In this document: positions 9,498 through 18,431 of the stretch, piece by piece
Layout: each line of letters starts with the position of its first letter
Numbering within the stretch: position 1 is the first letter of the stretch
NCBI GenBank assembly: GCA_964599645.1
Contig: CAZRGQ010000001.1
Span: 11,135-75,134 of the forward strand
DNA from: an uncultured Lentisphaerales bacterium
Lineage (GTDB): Bacteria > Verrucomicrobiota > Kiritimatiellia > RFP12 > JAAYLN01
Reading direction: 5' to 3'
DNA length: 64,000 nt
Notes under the pieces: generated by a model
What the model saw: only the letters and a program-made list of their open reading frames with translations
What the model was told of the DNA's origin: nothing
Database searches by the model: none
Made by a program: the position numbers and the translations under genes

Positions 9498-10718
9498 ATG
9501 AGCAGTATTGAGAGAGGCATTGTCCGTGATCTTGCCAAGCGCTACCTTGAGGTAGCGCAGGCGCCTTTGCAGGAGGAGCGGCGCAAACTGTGGCGTGATC
9601 TCAACAGCCTGCGGCGCACCCGTCCGCTCATCTACGTGCGAGCCTTTGCCTGGCATGAGATGCCGGAGGCCGCGACCATCTGTCAAGAGCCGCGCCTGAG
9701 GGGCTACGAGCACCACTTCCGCCATCTCCTCTGCTGGCACTCGCTCGGCGACGACTCGGTTTTCAACCCCTGGGTGGTGGTGCGGCCCCACTTTAGCCAT
9801 CACGGCTGGGGGCTTGATGTCAGGAGAAACCTGACCGGTGTGGCAGGTGGTTCGTATAAAATCGACTATCCGCTCAAAACTCTTGAGGATGCCGGAAAAA
9901 TCATAATGCCACGTCATGCGATCGATGAGGAGGCGACGGCCGACGCCTTGGCCTTTGCCGTGGAGCTGTTGGGCGATATCCTGCCGGTTACACTCGATCG
10001 CTCACCCAACTACACCATGTGGAGTGGCGATCTGGCCACGATTCTCGGTCAACTACGCGGCATTGAAAACATCATGCTCGACATGTATGACAATCCGGCC
10101 TTGCTCCAGCGTCTGATGGAGATGTTGGCGCAGGGGATTGAAGGGGTTCAGGCGGAGGCCGAGGCCGCAGGCGATTGGAGCCTCCTGGGGCACCAGAATC
10201 AGGCCATGCCTTATGCCCATGAACTGCCCGATCCGGCGCCGGATACGAACGGCGTGCAGCGTCAGCAGTTGTGGGGTTTCATGGCCGCCCAGGAGTTTAC
10301 GGCCATCTCGCCTGCGATGCATGAGGAGTTTCTACTCCGCTATCAGTTGCCCATCCTGCAGAAGTTCGGTCTCACCGCCTATGGCTGCTGTGAAGACCTG
10401 ACGCAGAAGATCGGGATGCTACGCCGGATACCGAATCTGCGCCGCATCGCTGTAGCCCCCAGCGCCAATGTGGCGGCATGTGCCGCTCAGATTGGTCACG
10501 ACTACGTTATCAGCTATCGTCCCAGCCCGGTCGATATGGTGTCGTACGACTTCAATCCCGAGCGCATGCGCCGGATACTGACCCGTGATCTCGCAAGCTG
10601 CCGTGGACAGAGCCTCGACATCACCTTGAAGGACGTTGAGACCGTCGGTGGCGACCCCAACCGCGTCCGCACCTGGGTCAGCATCACACGCGAAGTGATC
10701 AACGATCTCTTCGGTTAG
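9498..10718 (+). CDS. hypothetical protein (possibly a uroporphyrinogen-decarboxylase-like / methyltransferase-like TIM-barrel fold; assignment weak)
   Basis: 406-aa ORF with protein-like composition and own promoter/terminator signals. No motif I can assign with confidence. Confidence 0.5.
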   Translation: MSSIERGIVRDLAKRYLEVAQAPLQEERRKLWRDLNSLRRTRPLIYVRAFAWHEMPEAATICQEPRLRGYEHHFRHLLCWHSLGDDSVFNPWVVVRPHFSHHGWGLDVRRNLTGVAGGSYKIDYPLKTLEDAGKIIMPRHAIDEEATADALAFAVELLGDILPVTLDRSPNYTMWSGDLATILGQLRGIENIMLDMYDNPALLQRLMEMLAQGIEGVQAEAEAAGDWSLLGHQNQAMPYAHELPDPAPDTNGVQRQQLWGFMAAQEFTAISPAMHEEFLLRYQLPILQKFGLTAYGCCEDLTQKIGMLRRIPNLRRIAVAPSANVAACAAQIGHDYVISYRPSPVDMVSYDFNPERMRRILTRDLASCRGQSLDITLKDVETVGGDPNRVRTWVSITREVINDLFG

Positions 10719-10736
10719 GGTTGGAAGGTGGAGTGA

Positions 10737-10766
10737 TGCCACCACGTGGCAGAAGATTTGTTTCGC
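10737..10766 (+). terminator. putative intrinsic terminator (hairpin TGCCAC-cac-GTGGCA followed by gaagaTTTGTTT)
   Basis: Perfect 6-bp stem / 3-nt loop 19 nt after the stop of the 9498-10718 gene, followed by a T-rich stretch. Lies between convergent genes. Confidence 0.3.
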
Positions 10767-10790
10767 TGCGTTTGCCCGATGCGACTAGGA

Positions 10791-11501
10791 CTAGCAACGT
10801 ACCTCGCCATCTTCCAGCAGCAGACGCCGGTCACAACGCGCTGCCACAGCCGGGTCGTGGGTCACAATCACCAGGGTGTGGTGGTGCTCTGCGACCAGTG
10901 AGAAGAGCAGGTCAAGCGTCTGACCGCCGGTCTTCAGGTCGAGGTTGCCCGTCGGCTCATCGGCCAGCACCAACCGTGGCCTGTTCATCAGGGCGCGGGC
11001 AATGGCGACGCGTTGCTGCTCGCCGCCTGAAAGCTCCAGCGGACGATGGCAGGCACGCTCGGCCAGTCCCACCTCGGCCAGCAGCTCATGTGCCCGTGCC
11101 CGCAGACCTTGCCGTGGCGCTCTGGAACAGGCCAGCGCCGGCAACATCACGTTCTCCGTCACATCCATCTCGGGCAACAGGTGGTAGGCCTGAAAGACAA
11201 AGCCGACTGCGCTGGCCCTCAGCGCCGCCCGCTTGCGTGGTACCATACCATAGAGCGAAACGCCATCAAGCCGCACGTCGCCGCTATCGGGCGTGTCGAG
11301 ACCACCCAGCAGGTGCAACAGCGTGCTCTTGCCGGCACCGCTGCGCCCCACAATCGCCACCCGTTCGCCGGCCGCTATCTCGATCGATGCATTCCGCAAC
11401 ACCTCCACCACTTTGTGCTGCATGCGATAGCTCTTGTAGAGTCTATCAGCCGCAAGTAGCGGCGGCGGGGGTTGTGGCGCTCTATTGGAGATTCTATTCA
11501 T
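10791..11501 (-). CDS. lolD: ABC transporter ATP-binding protein, LolD/MacB-type
   Basis: Walker [14 protein letters not shown], signature [15 protein letters not shown], Walker [13 protein letters not shown]. Immediately downstream of an FtsX-family permease. Confidence 0.75.
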   Translation of the reverse strand: MNRISNRAPQPPPPLLAADRLYKSYRMQHKVVEVLRNASIEIAAGERVAIVGRSGAGKSTLLHLLGGLDTPDSGDVRLDGVSLYGMVPRKRAALRASAVGFVFQAYHLLPEMDVTENVMLPALACSRAPRQGLRARAHELLAEVGLAERACHRPLELSGGEQQRVAIARALMNRPRLVLADEPTGNLDLKTGGQTLDLLFSLVAEHHHTLVIVTHDPAVAARCDRRLLLEDGEVRC

Positions 11502-11513
11502 CGCTGACCAGCG

Positions 11514-12743
11514 CTAACTGCGCAGCGCCTCCACCGGATCCATGCGCGCGGCCCGCCACGCCGGGATGATACTTGCCAGAGTGCAGAAGAAGATCACCGA
11601 CACCGCCACCTGTATCACCTCGCCGGGGAGTACGCGCCACGGAATCTCATCGAGGCCGTAGATGTTTTTGGGAAAGACCTCCATGCCGCAACGGGCCAGC
11701 AGATCGACCAGCCGCTGCAAATTATAGAGCACCGCATAGGCCACACCGACACCGACGAGGCTGCCGATTAGACACTGCACCCAGCCGTGGAGCACAAAGG
11801 TCCACATAATCTGCGGCCCTGAAAAACCAAGCGCCTTGAGCAGCCCGATCTCCTTCGTCTTCTGCACCGTAATCACGATCAGTGTATTGGTGACGCAGAA
11901 GATGGCGACGACGGTGATAAACATCAGCAGGATCACCATCATATTCTTCTCGACGGCCAGGGCGGCAAAGAGATCACGATCAACCTCATGCCAGGTGCGG
12001 ACGATGTAGTCGTAGCCGAGCGTACTGCGCACCGCTGCCACCGTGCGGGCAAAGAGCGGCTGATTCTCTGGGGCGGTGGTCTTGACCACGACTGTATAGG
12101 CCCCTTCATTCAACCCCATCAGATCACGTGCCAGGCCGAGCGAGGCGATGATGAAATTGCCGTCAAAGTTGCCCTGCCCCATATTAAAGATACCGGCCAC
12201 CACCACCTCTTCCGGGAAGTGCAGCTCATCGTGGGTCACAAAGCTCACCGGTGAGTGGATCAAGACCCTGTCGCCGACAGCGACCTGCAGGGCATAGGCG
12301 AGATCGACCCCGAGGAGGATGTTGTCGCCCTCAAAATCAAAGCGGCCGGCCACAATCTTCTCTGCCAGCTCAGGGTGGAGCGCTGCCGCGCGCTCAGGGT
12401 CGATGCCCACCACCAGAGGGGCCTGCACCATGCGCTCATGTTCGGCCAGCACCCGCACTTCGATACTGGGCGAGACCGCCTCCACCCCCTCAAGCTCTTT
12501 GAGTCTGCTGGCCAGCTCATCCTCGTGGTGAATCACGCCTTCGTGTGCGGTAATGGTGAGGTGCGGTTTGAAGGCGAGAATCTTCTCGCGCCACATGTCG
12601 CCGAAGCCGGTCATTACAGCCCGCACGATGATCACAATCGCCACCCCCAGCACCACGCCCAGAATTGAAATGACGGTTACTACCGAGGTGAAGCTCCGCT
12701 TCGGCTTCAGATATTTAAGGGCCAGAAAGAGTGGGAAGGACAT
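11514..12743 (-). CDS. FtsX-family ABC transporter permease (LolC/LolE-like lipoprotein-release permease)
   Basis: 409 aa with an N-terminal TM helix, a large periplasmic domain and three C-terminal TM helices (FtsX topology). Adjacent to lolD-like ATPase. Confidence 0.7.
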   Translation of the reverse strand: MSFPLFLALKYLKPKRSFTSVVTVISILGVVLGVAIVIIVRAVMTGFGDMWREKILAFKPHLTITAHEGVIHHEDELASRLKELEGVEAVSPSIEVRVLAEHERMVQAPLVVGIDPERAAALHPELAEKIVAGRFDFEGDNILLGVDLAYALQVAVGDRVLIHSPVSFVTHDELHFPEEVVVAGIFNMGQGNFDGNFIIASLGLARDLMGLNEGAYTVVVKTTAPENQPLFARTVAAVRSTLGYDYIVRTWHEVDRDLFAALAVEKNMMVILLMFITVVAIFCVTNTLIVITVQKTKEIGLLKALGFSGPQIMWTFVLHGWVQCLIGSLVGVGVAYAVLYNLQRLVDLLARCGMEVFPKNIYGLDEIPWRVLPGEVIQVAVSVIFFCTLASIIPAWRAARMDPVEALRS

Positions 12744-12748
12744 GGTTT

Positions 12749-14029
12749 TCAGGAGCGTTCGATAAAGGCCCGCCGGGCGATGTCGCGCCGATAGTGGGCG
12801 CCGTCAAAGGTGATCCTGGCCACCGCCTCGTAGGCGCGGTCAACAGCGCTGCGCATATCGTGGCCACTGGCTGTCACGGCCAACACCCGGCCGCCGCTGG
12901 TGACAACTCCGCCATTGGCCGCCACCGCCGTGCCACCGTGGAAGACGACCACCCGCTCCATTGCGCCGGCCTCAGCCAGACCTCTGATCGGGAGTCCGCG
13001 CGGGAAATCGCCGGGATAGCCCGCTGATGCCATCACCACCGTGGCACAGGGTGCATCGGAAATCTGCAACTGCGCCGGATCGAGGCTGCCTCTGGCACAC
13101 GCCAGCAGCAGGGGTGCCAGATCACTCTCAATTCTGGGCAGCAGCGCCTGCGTCTCGGGATCACCGAAACGGCAGTTGAACTCCAGCACCTTGGGTCCCG
13201 CTTCGCCGATCATCAGACCGGCATAGAGCACGCCGCGATAGATGATGCCGCGGCGCGCCAACTCAGCCACCACCGGACGGATGATCTCCGCCTCTATCCG
13301 CTGCAGCAGTGGTGCGGTCACCACCGGTGCCGGCGAGTAGGCTCCCATACCGCCGGTATTGGGGCCGGCATCGCCGTCAAAAATACGCTTGTGATCCTGT
13401 GATGACGGCAGAAGCGCCACCCGTTCGCCATCAACCAGCGCCAGGATCGAGGCCTCCTCGCCGTCAAGAAACTCTTCGAGCAGCAGTTCGCGACCGGCAC
13501 TGCCAAAGAGCCCCTTGACGAGGATATCGTCAATCGCCGCTTCAGCCTCAGCACGTGTCTGGCAGATGATAACGCCCTTGCCGGCGGCAATGCCATCGGC
13601 CTTGACTACCAGCGGCAGTGTAAAACTATCGAGCGCCCGCCGGGCCGCTGTCGCCCCGGTAAAGGTTTCAGCTCTGGCCGTCGGCACCCCGGCTGCGGCC
13701 ATCACCTCCTTGGCAAAGCGTTTGCTCCCCTCGATCCGGGCGGCGGCCTTGACAGGGCCGAAGACGGCGAGCCCCAGCGCCGCCAGACGATCGGCCACAC
13801 CGGCACAGAGTGGCGCTTCCGGCCCTACGACCGTGAGGTCGGGGCGCTCCGCCGCAGCCCAGGCTGTCAGCTCCTCCAGCTCTTCAGCGCCGATTGGCAC
13901 ATTGGTAGCCACCGCAGCCGTGCCGGCATTGCCGGGGGCACAGTAGAGTTGATGCCGGGCGCTCTCGCGGGAGAGTCGCCAGGCGAGTGCGTGTTCACGT
14001 CCCCCACCGCCGATAATCAGAATCTTCAT
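12749..14029 (-). CDS. purD: phosphoribosylamine--glycine ligase
   Basis: MKILIIGGGGREHALAWRL N-terminus and ATP-grasp motifs throughout. Confidence 0.9.
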   Translation of the reverse strand: MKILIIGGGGREHALAWRLSRESARHQLYCAPGNAGTAAVATNVPIGAEELEELTAWAAAERPDLTVVGPEAPLCAGVADRLAALGLAVFGPVKAAARIEGSKRFAKEVMAAAGVPTARAETFTGATAARRALDSFTLPLVVKADGIAAGKGVIICQTRAEAEAAIDDILVKGLFGSAGRELLLEEFLDGEEASILALVDGERVALLPSSQDHKRIFDGDAGPNTGGMGAYSPAPVVTAPLLQRIEAEIIRPVVAELARRGIIYRGVLYAGLMIGEAGPKVLEFNCRFGDPETQALLPRIESDLAPLLLACARGSLDPAQLQISDAPCATVVMASAGYPGDFPRGLPIRGLAEAGAMERVVVFHGGTAVAANGGVVTSGGRVLAVTASGHDMRSAVDRAYEAVARITFDGAHYRRDIARRAFIERS

Positions 14030-14034
14030 CCCGC

Positions 14035-15261
14035 CTACTCGTGACAGCTCCGCAGAAGATTGAGGAGGCGATCAATTTCAGCCTGTGCCTCAGTGTCGTC
14101 ATCAAAGCGTTTCTCATAGAGCAGCTGGAAACCGCGACGCATCGTCTCGTGGTGCGCCTCACAGCGGAAGAGGTTGAGCAGGATCATCGCCGCCCTGTGG
14201 GCCAGCGTCGCGTCCTCGCCGTCGAGGTTGCCGATCCACTCCGGCAACATCCGCTTGAAGTTTTTGAAGAGCCCACGCGCCTCCTGCTCCCAGATTCGGT
14301 CACGTTCGGCCTCATCTGCCATAATCTCGCTGGTATCACGGATGTAGGTGTAAAAAGCCTCCTGCCCGGCCAGCGAGAGTGGGGCCAGTGTCAGGTCCTC
14401 GAGCTGCTTGAAGGGATGCAGCTTGATAGAGAGCTTGCTGTCGCTTCCCACCACGACCTCGGCGATCACCGAGAGAAACCAGCCGGGCCAGCGCTCAAAC
14501 ATGCTCTCCATCTCTTCGTCCTGACCGGCATGTTCATAGCCGAAGATCAGATTGCCGATGCTGTAGACGATCTCCACCCCTTTATAGACCTCAATTCCCT
14601 GTGGAATATGGGCGTGGTGTGCAATTACCACATCGGCTCCCGCCTCTACCATACGGCGGCACATGTTAACCGTCACTGCCGAGGGGATCGGCTGATGCTC
14701 ATTACCAATATGCATCACGGGGATCACATAGTCATAGAGTCCCTTGGCATGCCGTACCCGATCCTCATTCCAGCCGGGATCGATACGGGCGGCGCCGGGC
14801 GCATCGCCCTCGGCCTGGGCAAACTCCCCCTCGGCAAAGTTGAAGATGGCAAAGCTCTTGCCCTCCAGCTCAAAGACCATCGGCTGGCACGCCTCTTCAT
14901 GGCTCATGCCGGCACCGCAGTAGGGAATACCGGCGTTGTCGAGCGCCTGCAGCGTCTGCTCCAGCCCCTGCACCCCCTGGTCGAGCAGGTGGTTGTTGGC
15001 CATCACAAAGCCATCAAAACCAAACTCTTTGAACCAAGTGGCCAGCTCCGGTGGCGACATGAAGGTCGGTCCGGTCTTGATCTTGGGCTCTTTTTTAGTG
15101 CCCAGCGGCGTCTCAAGATTGCCGATCACCAGGTCGGCGCGCTGGAAAAGAGGACGCACAGCCGCCAGGTACTTCTCACCTCCAGCGGCCATCAGCTTCT
15201 CATCCAACCCCCGTGTGGGGCAGATATCTCCGGCAAACATCAGTGACAACTCTCTAGTCAT
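14035..15261 (-). CDS. CapA/PgsA-family poly-gamma-glutamate synthesis protein (metallophosphoesterase-like)
   Basis: LMFAGDICPTRGL..., VIAHHAHIPQGIEVY and similar motifs typical of CapA. Likely start is MTRELS at 15261, which overlaps the rlmB-like stop. Confidence 0.65.
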   Translation of the reverse strand: MTRELSLMFAGDICPTRGLDEKLMAAGGEKYLAAVRPLFQRADLVIGNLETPLGTKKEPKIKTGPTFMSPPELATWFKEFGFDGFVMANNHLLDQGVQGLEQTLQALDNAGIPYCGAGMSHEEACQPMVFELEGKSFAIFNFAEGEFAQAEGDAPGAARIDPGWNEDRVRHAKGLYDYVIPVMHIGNEHQPIPSAVTVNMCRRMVEAGADVVIAHHAHIPQGIEVYKGVEIVYSIGNLIFGYEHAGQDEEMESMFERWPGWFLSVIAEVVVGSDSKLSIKLHPFKQLEDLTLAPLSLAGQEAFYTYIRDTSEIMADEAERDRIWEQEARGLFKNFKRMLPEWIGNLDGEDATLAHRAAMILLNLFRCEAHHETMRRGFQLLYEKRFDDDTEAQAEIDRLLNLLRSCHE

Positions 15262-16093
15262 GTTCTCTCTCTCCTCTCTCCAACAAAGAACTCCCGGCCT
15301 GCGCTCCCGCTGTGGCACGCTGACGCAAAACCTCATACATCAGCAAGGCCCCCGCCACGCCGGCATTGAGCGAGCTAACCCGGCCCAACATCGGCAAGGC
15401 CGCCACAAAATCACAATTCTCACGCACCAGGCGCCCCAGCCCGGCTCCTTCGTTCCCCACCACCACGGCCACGCGCCCCTTTAAATCGAGTGCGGTGTAG
15501 TCGCGTGCTCCGTCACCGGCCTCCAGCCCGGTCACCCAGCAACCGGCCTGCTTGAGCTGCTCCAGCGCCCGTACCAGATTGACCACTCGCGCCACCCGCA
15601 GATGCTCGGCCGCACCGGCTGAGGCCCGCACCGCCGCCGCAGTCACGCCGGAGGCCCGATCCTGCGGGATCACCACTCCGACCACCCCGGCAGCATCAGC
15701 CGTCCGCAGCAGCGAACCGACATTCTGCGGATCCTCGATATGGTCCAGCACCAGCACCAGCGCCGCCGGATCGTCTGCGACCAGCTTGAGAATCTCCTTG
15801 ATATCGACGTGCGGGTAGCCCGCCACGCGCAACGCCACCCCCTGGTGGTTGACATCCCGCAACTGGCGGTCGAGCTCGTCCCGCGTCACCGGCCGGTAGT
15901 TGATGCCTTGCTCGTGACAGAGCGCCTGCAGTTCAACCAACTCGTCATCACGCTCAACCTGACGCTCGTTGCTAACCGCCAGCCAGGCTTCATAGACCAG
16001 CCTGCGCCCGGCGCGCAACGTCTCAAGCACCGGACGCCGCCCATAGAGCCAGTCACTGCGCCCCTCCTGCCGGCTGCCGCGTCCCCGCTTCAT
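15254..16093 (-). CDS. rlmB: TrmH/SpoU-family RNA 2'-O-methyltransferase (RlmB-like 23S rRNA Gm2251 methyltransferase)
   Basis: SpoU methylase motifs [33 protein letters not shown] and [18 protein letters not shown] overlap with the yggS stop. Confidence 0.7.
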   Translation of the reverse strand: MKRGRGSRQEGRSDWLYGRRPVLETLRAGRRLVYEAWLAVSNERQVERDDELVELQALCHEQGINYRPVTRDELDRQLRDVNHQGVALRVAGYPHVDIKEILKLVADDPAALVLVLDHIEDPQNVGSLLRTADAAGVVGVVIPQDRASGVTAAAVRASAGAAEHLRVARVVNLVRALEQLKQAGCWVTGLEAGDGARDYTALDLKGRVAVVVGNEGAGLGRLVRENCDFVAALPMLGRVSSLNAGVAGALLMYEVLRQRATAGAQAGSSLLERGEREHD

Positions 16094-16848
16094 GTGATCA
16101 CCCACTCCTGCTCGCTCTCCCCATCGTCTCCACCTGCAGGACGCCACTTGGGACGCCGTCCGAAGAGGGCGGTGCCGAGCCGGATCAATGTCGCGCCCTC
16201 CTCGATTGCCACCTCAAAATCACTGCTCATCCCCATCGAAAGCTGCGGCAAGGCGATACCGAACTCCCGCTCCCACGCATCACGGTGTTGCCGTACCGCG
16301 GCAAAGATGGGGCGGACGGTTTCGGGATCGGGTGCAATCGGCGCCATGGTCATCAAACCGCCAAGAGTGATCTGCCGCAACGCCAACAACTCTTCCAGCA
16401 ACGGTGGCACCTCCTCCGGCTTCAGTCCGAACTTGCTGGCCTCACCTGCCGCATTGATCTCGAGCAGAATCTCGGGGCGCGCTCCCAACTCAGCGGCAAC
16501 ATGATCGATCTGCTGTGCCAGTTTGAGGGAGTCAACCGAGTGGATCACCGGGAAGAGCGCCAATGCCGGGCGCACCTTATTGCGCTGCAGGTGGCCGATC
16601 AGGTGCCACTCGGGACCGGCCACCGACGCCGGAATCTTGGCCGCAGCCTCCTGAACGCGATTCTCGCCCATGATGCCGATACCGGCCTGCCACGCCTCCT
16701 GCACCGCCTCCGGGCCGAAGTTCTTGGTGACTGCAATCAGCGTCACTTCATCAGCACGACGACCGGCACGCTGACAGGCCGACGCCATACGCCGACGAAT
16801 CTCCGCCAGGCGCGTCTCAAAATCAGATTGGGTACTCTCCATGTTCAT
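16090..16848 (-). CDS. yggS: YggS-family pyridoxal-phosphate homeostasis protein
   Basis: [31 protein letters not shown]...[15 protein letters not shown]...[15 protein letters not shown], the alanine-racemase-N fold of YggS. Confidence 0.8.
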   Translation of the reverse strand: MNMESTQSDFETRLAEIRRRMASACQRAGRRADEVTLIAVTKNFGPEAVQEAWQAGIGIMGENRVQEAAAKIPASVAGPEWHLIGHLQRNKVRPALALFPVIHSVDSLKLAQQIDHVAAELGARPEILLEINAAGEASKFGLKPEEVPPLLEELLALRQITLGGLMTMAPIAPDPETVRPIFAAVRQHRDAWEREFGIALPQLSMGMSSDFEVAIEEGATLIRLGTALFGRRPKWRPAGGDDGESEQEWVIT

Positions 16849-16931
16849 AAAGCTGTCCCGCTTGGGAACGCTGCTGATCTTAGCACGCCCCTCCACGCGG
16901 CTCAACACCAAACTGGTCTATTGCTGCAACC

Positions 16932-16942
16932 GGGGGGGGGGG
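16932..16942. repeat. homopolymeric G11 tract in the divergent intergenic region (yggS <-> pseudopilin operon)
   Basis: Eleven consecutive G read directly. Flanked by short inverted repeats (ttgctg...cagcaa). Confidence 0.9.
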
Positions 16943-17024
16943 ACAGCAGCGAGTGGTTAAAAACGTGCTGCGGCGGCGACGGCGCGCCGCCCTCCAGAGA
17001 GCTGCGCACCCCGCAGTTGCATCC

Positions 17025-17042
17025 CCCGGCGCATGCGCCGGG
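17025..17042. promoter_or_regulatory. perfect 18-bp palindrome CCCGGCGCATGCGCCGGG (candidate operator)
   Basis: Reverse complement is identical to itself. Located in the 560-bp regulatory region upstream of the pseudopilin operon. Confidence 0.4.
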
Positions 17043-17120
17043 CGGCAGGCTCTTGCCGCCGCAGTGCGTCAGCCCACACACCCTTGGCTGTTAAGGCCTT
17101 TTACCTTTCAACACAGATCG

Positions 17121-17174
17121 CCGGGCAAAATTGCCCCTGCTGCGCAGGGTCGCTAATCGCTCAATTTTGCCCGG
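17121..17174. promoter_or_regulatory. perfect 13-bp inverted repeat pair CCGGGCAAAATTG ... CAATTTTGCCCGG separated by 28 nt (contains an inner CCCTGC-tgc-GCAGGG hairpin)
   Basis: Read directly. About 300 nt upstream of the pseudopilin start. Could be a regulator binding site or an RNA structure. Confidence 0.4.
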
Positions 17175-17392
17175 CTTCGGATGAATCTGGCATTAGCTCC
17201 CGCCTTGGCTCCCTTGCAGCGCCCCGCCTATTCGTGTCAATTGGTGTTCATTCGTGGTTCTATTTACACGCTCTTCTCATTCACACGGCTCTGCAACCGG
17301 GAGTGCAGCAGCGAGGAGGGTAAAAGGCCCGCAGTTGCAGCCCGCTTTCGCTCTTTTCGCAAATATGATAAACAATGCTGCTTGAAATGGGC

Positions 17393-17419
17393 TTGAAAGG
17401 CCGATTTAAATGGTATAAT
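17393..17419 (+). promoter_or_regulatory. putative sigma70 promoter of the pseudopilin operon: -35 TTGAAA (17393-98, duplicated gcttgaaa x2), extended -10 TGgTATAAT (17411-19)
   Basis: AT-rich island in a GC-rich region, same TGGTATAAT motif as at 9435, about 55 nt upstream of the ATG at 17475, with a good RBS (GGGAGAGAG) before the start. Confidence 0.45.
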
Positions 17420-17474
17420 CTCACTGTTGAACATGGGTATGTTTGCTGCTTTAATCAGGGAGAGAGTTTGAGTG

Positions 17475-17915
17475 ATGACGACGATCCACCACCAGAGAGC
17501 GCTAAAGCGCTGCCACAGACGGCTGTCCCGTTGGCACTCTTGTGCCGGTATGTCGTTGGTTGAAGTCGTCGTCTCTTCAGCTATTCTGGCTTTGGCCATC
17601 CTGACAATCTTTGCCACCTTCAGCTATGCGCGGCGCGCAGTAGTCCTGACTGAGGAGCGTCTGGCCTCGATGCATATTGCGCGTCATGCCATGGAGCGTC
17701 TGCGCAACTATCGCTATGACGATACCGAACTAAGCGTCGGCACCAGAAAGCGCCCGTTGCCGGGCTATCAGGAGAATCGTGGTTACTATAGCGTGACCGA
17801 AGACAAGGCCAACGGCGTGAAGACGATCAGGGTGGTGGTCGAGTGGGTCACCCCCTGGCAGGCGCAACGCGAGGTTGAACTATCGACGATGATGAGCAGG
17901 ACTTTTCACGAATGA
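17475..17915 (+). CDS. prepilin-type N-terminal cleavage/methylation domain protein (type IV minor pilin / T2SS pseudopilin-like)
   Basis: Basic leader, then AG|MSLVEVVVSSAILALAILTIF, the class III signal (G|F/M-x-L-x-E plus hydrophobic helix). Confidence 0.6.
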   Translation: MTTIHHQRALKRCHRRLSRWHSCAGMSLVEVVVSSAILALAILTIFATFSYARRAVVLTEERLASMHIARHAMERLRNYRYDDTELSVGTRKRPLPGYQENRGYYSVTEDKANGVKTIRVVVEWVTPWQAQREVELSTMMSRTFHE

Positions 17916-18424
17916 GAGGCGATTTTTTACAGAAGCGGGGTTATACCCTGACCGAAGTGATGGTAGCCGTGGCGCTCTCGGTGCTGATCGCAGCGGGTGC
18001 CTTCTCCCTCTTTTCGGCGATGTTCTCCTACTGGAAAGGGGTCAACTACCGTGTGCAGGCCGACAGTGATATCAACATGACCATGAGCCGGCTGGTGTAT
18101 GGGATGCCGGAGGCACCGGGGTTGCGTAATGTCGTCGGTGATACGGCCAGCCTTACGACGATGGCCAACAACAGCGGCTGGACGCTTAATTACTCCACGC
18201 CGGCCAGCGACGATACCTTTGAGCAGCGGAGCCTTGTGTGGTCACGAGCCGACAAGACGTTGACCTTTAATCCGGGCGCTGTTGTGGTAGGGCAGGATAT
18301 TGTTGAGGCGACAGCCAGTATCGACCGGAATCTCTTCTTGATCACTCTGCGCCTTGAGCGTAGCGAGGGGCGTTATACCGTGCGCCGTGAACTGGAGACA
18401 GAGATTCTATTCCGCAACTTTTAA
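17912..18424 (+). CDS. prepilin-type N-terminal cleavage/methylation domain protein (pseudopilin)
   Basis: KRG|YTLTEVMVAVALSVLIAAGAF is the canonical prepilin peptidase motif. Start codon overlaps the upstream stop. Confidence 0.7.
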   Translation: MRGDFLQKRGYTLTEVMVAVALSVLIAAGAFSLFSAMFSYWKGVNYRVQADSDINMTMSRLVYGMPEAPGLRNVVGDTASLTTMANNSGWTLNYSTPASDDTFEQRSLVWSRADKTLTFNPGAVVVGQDIVEATASIDRNLFLITLRLERSEGRYTVRRELETEILFRNF

Positions 18425-18431
18425 TGGGGAG

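Noticed and set aside
9387-9917. 176-aa minus-strand ORF overlapping the 5' end of the 9498-10718 gene
   Set aside because: It overlaps the promoter and start of a better-supported plus-strand gene and has no recognisable features. Its 5' end would leave no promoter space before mraZ.
17520-17545. TGGCAC-containing stretch (TTGGCACTCTTGTGCC) as a possible sigma-54 promoter
   Set aside because: It lies inside the first pseudopilin coding sequence, and the -12 element (TTGC) is absent at the required spacing. Other TGGCAC hits are likewise inside coding regions.
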